Source: Nageia nagi (lineage: Eukaryota; Plantae; Pinophyta). From it: DNA of 64,000 nt. The notes beneath the pieces are model-generated. The model did no database searches, was not told the origin of the DNA, and saw only the letters and a program-made list of their open reading frames with translations. Positions 52,985 to 64,000 of this stretch are shown here, piece after piece. The position numbers and the translations under genes were made by a program. Where the stretch lies: positions 115,382,001 through 115,446,000 of the forward strand of contig JBITNC010000001.1 of assembly GCA_050084985.1 (NCBI GenBank), in the 5' to 3' direction. Positions within the stretch are counted from its first letter, which is position 1, and the number at the start of each line of letters is the position of its first letter.

Positions 52985-54528
52985 CTTTTGCAAAGCTTCC
53001 TTCCTTGGGGATTTTGGTTCAATAAAAATTTTACATTTTATATCAAAATTAGAGGCAAGAGGTAAAATACATTTTGATTAACCCATTATAATACCAAATT
53101 ATTTGACATTCAAAGGGCATAAAATATTAGTTAGAACATAATAATAGGTTATGGAGTTATTAATAGTACAATAATGAGCTAAGTATTTAAGATTTAAGTC
53201 TTATACATACAAGGAAATTAAGAACCTAAACAATAGAAATCATGATGAATGATTTTACAATACAAATAATTGAGGTAGCTCTCCAAGCCTCTTTATGTAG
53301 AACTTATAAACCTAAGATTCAAGATTTAGATCTTGCAATGGAGTCATTGATAAGATTATTGGGGATATTTTAACAATATGTTTATAGTAATTATATGCCA
53401 TTGGATATACGAAGAAAATATAATTTTGATCAACTTAATATTTTTCTAGAAATATTGCATTTCCTTTTAAAAAAAATTATTTGAAAGAATAAAAGAAAGC
53501 TCAAACTCAAGCCATGAACAAGATTGAATCCATCAAAATGGACTAGGGGAGAAGTTTGGAAAAAAGAAAGGTTATAAAAGAGGAGAGTACAAAAAATTTA
53601 AAGTTAACTATAAAATAAAACAACTCACTATAGGAAAAAATAAGTTACCTATGAATCAACAAATAAAAATAGATTTAAAAAGAAAAAACATTAACACTTA
53701 CTTATAAGTCATCCACTAGTAAACATAGCTCCCTACCATAGCCAAGTAGAATATAACTATAATATAAATATTATTAACACTTCCACACATTCATCTATAA
53801 TAACTAAATCTATATTCTTGGGAGGAAAGAGATTAAATAGTTATGAATGAATTTGAAAGAGAAATATAACATATTTATAAAGGATAAACACTAAACAATT
53901 TTAACCTTCTTAAAAATTCATTATTATATTTTATAGGTTTTCTCCTACAATAGAAAATAAAATCTTGAGTTGAATTCAAATGCTTGACTTGTATGAAACA
54001 CATGGTTGACCATAACTACAAAGCTATTTAAGTTTTGATTAGGTATATAGTAAATTTTCATGTGTTAGGTCCAAAAACTCTAATCACACTCTAAGAATCC
54101 ATTACATATTTGGTATGTATCAAATATTTTCACCATCTTATATCACTTCTCTCATGATGGACCTATCTTAAATGGCCCCTTCATGCTATAATTAATGTTT
54201 AATCAAGGGAATAATTTTGTTATGCATACCATTTCTAGTTTTGGGTATTATTACTATAGTATTTACTTATTTTTAAAATTTTTAAGGATATAATGTTTTG
54301 AATATTGGCATTTTAAAACATGAGTTTCTTTCACCTATCCAAGTAGCTCATTTCCAATACTTTAGAGGATATAGTGCTTTTGTTGACTTATCAAATGTAC
54401 AAATTAAAAATGAGTAGTCTAGATGGCTTACTAAAATATTCTAAAAATATGAAACAAAAAAGGCATTTCAAAGGTTTACATTTGGAATTATTTTCTAAAA
54501 ATAAAAGATAAATAATGAGGACTATGGG

Positions 54529-54745
54529 TTTTTTTTTTAATTATTGAAAATCCTTGGGATTGAATCTCATGACTGAGGGGCATCCACACCATCAAAATCC
54601 ATTAGGAGCACCATTCCCAACTCATTCGCACCTATAATATCTTGATAGGATTTTAGATACCATGCATGTTAGGGGAAGAGATTTGAACCTAGTGCTTTGA
54701 GAGTTAAAAAACCCCATTTTCTCACTAAATCCCTTCAAAACTACT
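54529..54745 (-). mobile_element. tRNA-derived SINE (~217 bp) with A-tail and imperfect TSD
   Basis: Minus-strand B box GGTTCAAATCT (54689-54679), degenerate A box ~30 nt upstream, A10 tail (T10 at 54529-54538). Flanking direct repeat GATAAA(T)AAT(G/A)AGGACTAT(G/A)G at 54507-54527 and 54746-54765. Confidence 0.68.
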
Positions 54746-57351
54746 GATAAAAATAAGGACTATAGTTATGACATAATAATATTATAAATTCTTAGATATT
54801 CTACTTATTATAGGATTATACACTTTAATTTATAGAATTTCATATTCCATAATGAGACAAGATTATTGGTCTAGTACCATTTATAATTGAACGAGTTAAT
54901 ACATAAATAAATCAAGGATAATAGTATGCAATTTATATCAAATACAATGATAAAATAATAAAAATTTAGTCTAGATAGGAGTAACGTGTATATAAATAAT
55001 ATCTCATATAAGAAAATAATTACACTCCACATCAAGAGTTTAATTTTATAGATATAGGATTAAATAATATAAGTAAAAATATATATTATTTCATAATGAT
55101 CAATGCATTCATAATATGACCTATTTATATATAAGAAAATCACTAATAATAACCCCTAACCTTTAAAGCTAACCATAGTAGTTTATGTCTTATCGTAAGG
55201 ACCTAAGTTGATCATACAAAAAGATAGTTAACATTACTTAATTAGGATTTCTACAAATTATCCATCAAGGAAGCATTTTAGAAAATGAATAATAATCTTT
55301 AACATCAAGTAACTAGGTAATGTAGTATATGTAAGTAGTATAAGAGTAAAAATAAGGAGTAGATATAGACTATCTTATTGGCACAATAAAATTAAATCAA
55401 TAAATAAAAAAAAACAATTAGTCACTTTAAAAAAGAGAATAAGACTTGAGAAACTTGAATATGTAATACCCTTGATTTTACAAGATGAAAATTAGGTATT
55501 AAATTAGTTTTAAAATAACATCATTAAATACTCACATTCAAACCTATATATAGAATAAAATAAGTGATAAGCATTACAAAGGTATTTGTTTTCAAATTCA
55601 TTCAACCTTATCATTGATGAAATTCCTAATATACCTTCTATATGATTTTATCAATTAGTAACCTCATCATGATTAGATGATGATCATATGTACATCATCA
55701 CCCATATTGCATTCATTAATACCCCCATGTATAACTCTCATATAAATATTTAATCTATATGTCTCAATTGCTTACACATATAACTTATACATAAAAAGCT
55801 TTAAAATGATGACACACCACCACCCACATAGGATTCTAAAAATTCATTATTTATCACTCAAATATATGAAAATCATAATTTAGGAATAAATCGCTCATGT
55901 AAATAACATGTACATAAGGATTATTAAGTTGATGACTTCTCCAATGACTATCTATGTACAAGATCAATTTATGGTAGAGTTGAATTTTCATTCTTAATTG
56001 GAAAGTAAAACTCATCAAATGGATTTAGTATCTAACACATTTAAAAGTAAAAGGACTTCTATGATTTAGGGAACCTTGATGATACTATGTCTTAAAAATT
56101 TCTCCTCGTACTCCATAAGGATTTAAACTATGTTATACAATTTTGGATAAATCCTCATCAACTTGGCTTAAATTTGTATTTTTACTTGCCTCAACCTAAA
56201 TTTTAAGTCATTGGATATTTCCAACATATGTAATTATTTACTTCTAAGTTTTAAATCTCCATATTAGTAAGCTATATGCTTACATAAAATTTTATCATTC
56301 TTTAAGAATACATTATTTATGAAGTCCTCATTGTCTTTCAAAATATAATTTTTAAATGTCATAAATGAGAGACTTAACTATATATTACAATGACATTATG
56401 TAGGTTTATAAACAATTCAAGAACATATAAAGTAAATATTGCATTAATCTATTAAATATTGAAATGTTATTTTTCTTTCTCAAGAAAAGATTATAGGATA
56501 CTATTTTACCGATTCTATTTTACAATATTACACTAAAACCTTCCATAAACTTTCAAATGAAAATCAATTAATCCACCTTTAATTTAAAATATATTGCTTA
56601 AAAAAAATGATTTATTCTCCTTAAAAAATAAGATTAATATATAAGTAACATGATCAATTTGGGAAAATGTCAATCATTAGGTATCTGTAACTTGAATACC
56701 ACCCCACCATAGATATTTATAGTCTTGAATATTGCTATCAAGGTCCACAAATGCATTGATAATGATATGGTTTATGTTTACTTAAGGTATTGGAATATTT
56801 TGCTATCCCATTAATCATCCAAAATGTTATCTAGATATTTTCAGAGCAGTTTATATAATAAGTAAGGTATCTGCATAGTTTAAAATTTTAGTTAAATAAT
56901 TTAACTATTTAATATTTCATGATATGATGGCTAAGAACATGCATATTGATTGCTTAAATTTAGGTAACTATAAATTTTTAATCTATATATCTCAACAATT
57001 AAATCACCTCTTGATTTAGGCTATCATTGAGATTCATCGAGTTAAGACCTCAACATATTGAACTTGATTAATAAATTCTCTCAAAATACTTCATCATATT
57101 TTAAAAGACGTCCAAACATTAAAGTTAAAGATTACTACTTTAAATATACTAAATCTCATATTTAAAGTTAATCTCTATAATATTTTTTACTCATTTATTA
57201 CAATAATTTTTACCTTATATAATAATAACACAAAAATTTGATAATCAATAAACACTAAAATTATCTTTATCGATAAGAGAATACTATTAGTCGAATATGA
57301 TATCAACTATTGATATTAAATATTTTCATCCTTAATTTATTGTATACAGAG

Positions 57352-57961
57352 TGTAGACATCTAAAAATGAATTATTATTTACTATATAATTTATTTTAGA
57401 ACTTCAATGATGTATTATGTAAAAAGGGTTTAAATAATACGTAAAGTTATGTCAAAGCTATGCAACTTATGTAATGGACCCTTGTGACATCTACAAGAGG
57501 TCAAAAAGATTACATAAAAGGATCATCTCCAAATCATCTCTCTCGAGGAGGAGGTCATGAGAAAATGAATATCATGAGGGTTCTAGAGATATTCTAGCAC
57601 ATGATACATCACTTTGTTATGCATAAATATTATTTATAAGTTATATCTTATATTTTCTATTTGATGATTCTTTCATTTGCTCATTGCTACATTCTTTATT
57701 ACATCTCTTATATTCCTTATTTTAAAATTCTAGTGGCATGCCTAATATAGGATACTAACGATGTGTAATTGAATGAATGTATGCTTTTCTTTCGTATGTG
57801 TTTCTCATAATAGAATAAATATGTGATATAATTAAGAACAAATGTATGTATTTTACTCATTATTACCATATTTCATATATATGCAATAATAAGAAACAAG
57901 TATACCAATAGTGCATTATTTAACCCCCATAAATAATTAATTGTATTATTTTGGGTCTACA
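57352..57961 (+). repeat. 5' LTR of right Tat element (610 bp)
   Basis: Perfect 7-bp terminal inverted repeat TGTAGAC...GTCTACA, followed by TTT and the PBS. Similar to 6447-7077 in reverse complement. Confidence 0.85.
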
Positions 57962-57964
57962 TTT

Positions 57965-57976
57965 TGGTGAACCTGA
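57965..57976 (+). promoter_or_regulatory. PBS complementary to tRNA-Trp 3' end
   Basis: TGGTGAACCTGA versus expected TGGTGAACCCGA (one CpG-type transition). Confidence 0.72.
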
Positions 57977-60900
57977 ATATTTGATTTATCTCACCATATT
58001 AGTGAGATCTCGTAAGTTTTTTATTTTAGGATAACATTGTGCATTTCTATTCCTAGGCCGATAGTAGCATAGAAATGGATCCAACATTCCTTGACCTAAT
58101 GCAAGATATAAACAAAAATATGCTTGAGATGCAAAAAGCATTAAACACATTGACTAGTACAGAAAGATGAACATTGGGTCCTACTATTCAAGTTGGACCT
58201 TCTAACATCTCACAACCACAAAATCTAGATGAATATGATGGCATCTTCACTTCAACCTTGATGGATGATATCTGCAACTTTCCTTTCCCACCTAAACACA
58301 AGGATCCCAAGTTCGAGATGTTTAGTGGCAAAAAAGATCCCAAACAACATCTTATTAGCTTTTAGGAGGAGTGCCTATTGAATATAGGATCAGTGGATAG
58401 ATTGATGGCAAAATTCTTCCCAAGGAGTCTAAAAGGGGATGCCATTCAATGGTTCTATGTTCTTCCTAGTAATTCAATTGATTCGTTTAAGACCTTATTC
58501 AAAGAATTCATAGGCCAATACAAGCACAATATCAAGGAGCAAACTAATGTATCTAAATTATGTGTAAGTCAACAAGGAAGTAATAAAACCCTAGAGAAGT
58601 ATGTTTCGTACTTAAAAAAGGTATGGTAATCTATTTGAAGTAAATTAGATGAACATGAAATTTATGCTATTTTTTATGAATCTATTATACCTATTCTTAA
58701 TTTGCATGCTTCTAGTACTAAAGATATTAGTTTTGGAGTATTAGTCCAATAATTGTTACAGAAAGAGAAGGCATTATTAGCTTTAGGTGATCTTAAGTAT
58801 GTACCTAATCCCTTTTTTCAAGACACTTGAAAAACATATGCACACAAAGATGAAAAACTAATACATATGGTTGATAGAACTACTTCCCCTCCAAAGATGC
58901 AAAGGTCTCAAACTATAAAAGAGAACTCATATACATTTCTAATACAACCATGCATTATTTTAAGGAATCTAATGAAGATAGGATTTTTACATCCCCTTGA
59001 GTACTCTTCTTCAAATGATAATACTCATATGGGTTGCTTTGATGCCTATTGTACTTCCATCAACAAAAAGGGCATGCTACAAATTTTTGCAAGACATTAG
59101 AGACAACAATATTGGAGCTTATGGAGAAAGGAATGTATATAATTGATGAAATCTTTGCCAATTAAGGACCTATAATCAATATCATTTCAATGGAAAAGTA
59201 GATTTATACTAACTTAAGAAGAAGATGCCCATGCCATGTTCCAAATTCGATTACAACTGAACAAGTAAGTATCCCACATGATCCTAAAGTTTATAGCATG
59301 ATTGATCAATTGAAAAATACACCTACCAAAATTAGTCTATATGATCTTATTTCTACATCTCAAGTTTGTAGGCATATATTATATGCCTTATTTAAAAATG
59401 AAACCATCCCTACTAATATTTAAGCTACTATATTTTTTGAAAAAATTAGAACCATTAAGCAATGAGATGCTATTTCCTTTTACAAGTCTAAAAAGCTTAT
59501 TGAAGATTTTTTAGATGAATGTTCAACTTTATATATCACAACTATTGTTGATGGATGGGAAGTTAAAAAAATAATGGTAGATAATGGATTACTTGTAAAT
59601 GTATGCTCTACTATTTTTTTATGCAATTGCAAGAGAAAGATCTAAAGATTCCTCTATTAGAAGAATCTACTTACAAGATTAGGGCCTATGATAGCTCATC
59701 AAAGAAACCTCTGAGAATAGATAAAATCATGATTACTATAGGATTTAGGACTATTGTAGAAAAATTTTAGGTTGTAGAATCCAAATTATCATATAACATA
59801 CTTTTGGGGAGACCTTGGATTCATGATATGGATGCAGTCCCTTCCACACTACATGGTAGATTGAAGTTTGAATTCCAAGATGAAGTACATACAGTCATGG
59901 GAGATATTGAACCATATGCTTAATCCAATATTGTTGATCTTTAAGAATTTGCCATATTACCATCACAATATGACATAGATACCTTATAATGCCCTACACC
60001 AGAGGAATATAAAGAAAACCAAGTGTAGATCATAAAGATAGGTATGGGAACCTATAGAATCGATGACATAGACCTATTTACATTTGTCAAAGACTTGGGA
60101 TAGCCTAGGATGTTAGTTTTTGAAGACTGATAGTGGTGTGCCTTTGCTAGAAGAATTAAAATGATATAAAAATGATGGAAATAATGACCAACCCTACTTT
60201 GCCTTAGCTTACAACTCAAACTAGACCTCTTCAATGGACATATCTTCATCTCCTGAATTTGGTAAGATCTTTCCCTCTTCTTTATTTCATAAGTATGTAG
60301 TTAAAACCTACAAATATAAAGGGAGGGGTTTATGAAAATCTAAGCAAGGAATGCTTGCTTTCCCTAATACCTCTAAGACTCAAATGACCAAAACAAGATT
60401 GGGTAATGATGGGCAAGTGAAACAAAAATGGGGTCCCATTATGTTTGTTAAGGAATACAATTTAATAGAATTATCAGATGATATCGATGTAGATACATAG
60501 ATTAATGATTCTATACCTATTGAGTTTGATTATTTCAGCACTGATGATGATATTCTTGAATAATTGGAGGCACATTCAGAATTATCCAAATTTAATGAAA
60601 AATGTAAACCAACTTATATACTTAATGAATATGCTTATTTTCATCAAGAGATCGATTTTCATGAAGTATTATAGGTTCAACCATTAGATATAGATATGGA
60701 TAAAGTACCAAGCATAGAAGAATTTATATCCTTGTTACAAAAATAAAATCTTTCATTTCCACAAGAGTTGATACATATCAATATTAGCACTTCAAATGAT
60801 AATAGATTGTTATAACTTGGAGCAGCCTTACCTCTTCCTTAATAAGAAAGGTACAAAAACATATTTATTGAGCATTATAAGAATTTTGATTTTTCTCATG

Positions 60901-63900
60901 ATGATATGCTAGGATTAGATCCCTCATTTATTATGCATAATACACCATTGAAATAGGGTTTCAATCCAATTAAACAAAAACCTAGAAAGTTGCATCCTTC
61001 TAAGGCCCTATAGTCAAGAAAGAGATAGAAAAATATTTAAATGTTGGTTTCATAAAGCCTATTGACTATTGTGATTGGATGGCTAATGTTATCCCTATTT
61101 ACAAACCAATTGGTGAAATATGGGTATGTACAAATTTTCATGATATTAATAATGCTTTCCCAAAAGATGATTTTTCATTACCAAATATTGATATGATTCT
61201 CGATAGTATAGCTAGTCATGATACATTATTGTTCATTGATGAATTTTTTTGGCTATAACCAAATTTCAATTAACCTTATTGATTAGCATAAAATAACTTT
61301 TACTACCCCTTGGGGTAATTTTTGTTGTATGGTTATACCTTTTGGACTTAAAAATGTAGGAGCTACACATCAAAGAGCAATGGTCACCATGTTCCATGAG
61401 CACATTCACAAAACTATGGAGGTATATGTTCATGATATTTTAGTCAAATACAAGAAAGGATAAGATCATCTAAAAGTGCTTTAAGAGTTATTCACCATTT
61501 TGCTAAGGTACAAACTAATACTTAAACTTTAAAAGTGTGCACTTGGAGTTACTTCTTGTAAATTATTAGGATTCATGGTTTTTAATAGAGGAATAGAATT
61601 CAATCCTAAAAAACTCAAAGATATTATTAGTATACCTCCACCCAAAAGTTTGAAACAATTAAGGAGCCTCCAAGGTAAAATAAATTCAATTAGGAGGTTC
61701 ATTTCACAACTTGGAGATAAATGTAGGCCCTTCACTCATTTGCTGAAAAAAAATGTCAAAATTGTATGGAATGAAAATTATCAAAAGGAATTTGAGGATA
61801 TCAAGCAATATTTACTTAATCCTCACATCCTAGTCCCCATGGATTTTTTCAAACTTGCTTACTTATACATCTCAACCATGTTATATGCACTAGGAACAAT
61901 GCTTTTTCAAAAAGATGTAGAAAATAAGAAAAGAGCCAGCTATTATCTCAGCAAAACATTGATTGATTATGAGACTAGATACACCCCTATGGAAAATAAT
62001 TTCTATAGTATTATTTTTACTACTTAAAAATTGAGGTAATATTTATTATATTACACTACATTTGTTGTTAGTCTTGTTAACCTAATGAAATATATTATGG
62101 CTAAGTAACATCTATCAGGTAGACTTGCAAAGTGGCAAATGATGTTACAGGAATTTGATATAAATATTGTAAAATAAAAATCTATCAAAGGCCAAGCAAT
62201 TATAGATTTAATAGCATATTTACCTCAAGAATGGGAGGTAGTTGTCTATGAAGAATTTGTAGATGAATATCAAGGTGACTCACATTGCCAATAGCATGCA
62301 GACTTGCTAGAGATACACTAGCAATGTGACTTTGATGAGATCTTAATCCTTGATGAGTACATATGTCTCATGAAAGTTGATCCAACAATTTGCACCTTGT
62401 ATTTTGATGGTTCAAAATGTTCTTACATAGTAGGAGAAGGTATTATTTTGGTATCTCCTACACATCAAGTGATCCCTATGGCATACAAACTTGCTTAGAT
62501 TGTACAAATAATATGGTTAAATATGAGGCACTGATATTAGGATTAAAAGCTATTATAATTTTAAAAATTAAGAATATAGAGATATATGGGGATTTCCAAC
62601 TTGTTGTGAATCAAGTACAAGATTTATTTGACACTAAGGATGAAAATATAAAAACTTATAGACATGCATTAACTGATTTATTGAATCATATATGTAATGG
62701 TAAGTGTAGCTACACTAAAACTAATTGAAATCAAAGATGAAGATACCATTCTTACAATTCATAAGTTAAGTTATCCTTATTATATAGATCATATGGATGA
62801 GATTCAGATGTGTCTTATTATAGAAGAGAATGATTTTCAAAATTGGTATGTTGATACCTACAACTATTTGAAAAATAATATAGTGCCTGATAATTTTGAT
62901 AGAAATGAAAAATGAGATTGAAAATAATTACAATAAGATATGTGATCATTGGAGAAGTATTATATAGGAGATCATTTGATGGTGCATTCTTGAGATGTTT
63001 AACACAAGATGAGATATCTACTACCTTAGAAGAAGCTCATGATGGTTTATGTGGTGGTCACTTCCATGCAAAAGTAATACAAAGCAAAATTTTGAGGATT
63101 GGATTCTATTGGCCTACTATGGAAGAGGATTGTAAGGCTCATGTTAAAACTTGTTTGTAATGCCAAAAAAATGCAAATTTAGAGAAGAAACCTAACCAAG
63201 AATTACATTCTATTATTTCTCCATGGCCATTCACTACTTGGGGAATAGATTTGATTGGTATGATTAATCCTCAATCTAGAGAAGGACACAAATTTATCAT
63301 CATAGCTATAGAATTCACCACTAAGTGGGTGGAAGTTATCCTAATGAAATCAATCATTGAAACTAAAATCATTACATTCCTCACTGAAAACATCATCATA
63401 ATATTTGGTGTACCATAATGTTTGATAATGGAAAATAGCCCTAATTTCAAAGTTATAGACATGAAGGCATGTTGTAAGAAGTTTCATATTACACAAACCT
63501 TTTCTTCCATCTATTACCCTCTAGTTAATGGTCAAGCTAAAGCCACAAATAAGAAAATTAAGAGCATACTTGCCAAAACCTAGGATAAATACAAGAAAGA
63601 TTGACATCAGCAATTACCATACATTGTTTGGGCTTATATAACTAGTATCTATATAGCCACTAGGACAACATCATTTTCATTGGCATATGGAGATGAAGCC
63701 ATTATTGCACTTGAGTTGGAGATCCACTCCCTTAGAATTTCCTTACAAGGTGACATATTCAATGAAGATGCAAGAAAAGTAAGGTTGCAATAGTTGGAAT
63801 AATTAGATGAGAAGAGAATCACAGCCATTGAACATCAAAAGGTATACCATGCAATACTCAAAAGAGCATTTGGAAAGAAAATCAAAGCAAAGAAATTCAA

Positions 63901-64000
63901 GGTAGGAGATCTAGTGTTGAAAGAAAACATTAACATTAACAAGACATTCAATGCTATCCATATTAAATGTTTCTATGCTTAGAAATGATACCTTCATGCC

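Larger units (their letters stand above)
57352..64000 (+). mobile_element. Decayed Ty3/gypsy Tat-clade element (gag-PR-G-patch-RT-RH-aRH-INT), runs off the window end
   Basis: Gag FPPKHKDPKFEMFSGKKDPKQHL / FPRSLKGDAIQWF; protease MVDNG and [13 protein letters not shown]; RT FPKDDFSLPNID, PFGLKNVGAT; RH LYISTMLYALGTML...YYLSKTLIDYETRY; aRH LYFDGSK, CTNNMVKYEALILGL, IYGDFQLVVNQV; integrase HDGLCGGHF, PWPFTTWGIDLIG, ending at stop 63980-63982. Confidence 0.95.

Overview
Eukaryotic, very AT-rich and CpG-depleted plant nuclear DNA. The transposon families and the gene family look gymnosperm-like, but that is an inference. The window is mostly decayed retroelements around one host gene remnant, a three-exon 2-oxoglutarate/Fe(II) dioxygenase (2OGD, DOXC class) pseudogene on the minus strand (28569-29620) with three disabling lesions. 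From left to right: (1) a decayed Tat-clade Ty3/gypsy element (-, ~720-7077) with G-patch, additional RNase H (aRH) and tRNA-Trp PBS; (2) a decayed L1 LINE (-, ~8611-13800); (3) a head-to-tail ~6.5-kb tandem duplication (13636-20110 / 20111-28522) ending ~45 bp from the 2OGD stop codon; (4) the 2OGD pseudogene; (5) a 5'-truncated Ty1/copia (+, ~31090-33708); (6) a full-length old Ty1/copia (-, 39625-51294, TSD TATAT) whose integrase is interrupted by a younger CRM chromovirus with a chromodomain (+, 42940-48561, TSD ATATA, LTRs ~95% identical); (7) a tRNA-derived SINE (-, ~54529-54745); (8) a second Tat element (+, 57352 to the window end). I found no intact protein-coding gene, RNA gene or CRISPR, and no clearly new biological system. 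The most unusual signals are an in-frame loss of the native RNase H in one Tat copy that keeps its aRH, and CpG retention in only one of the two copia LTRs, next to a CpG-retaining island upstream of the 2OGD. All alignments and counts were done by eye.
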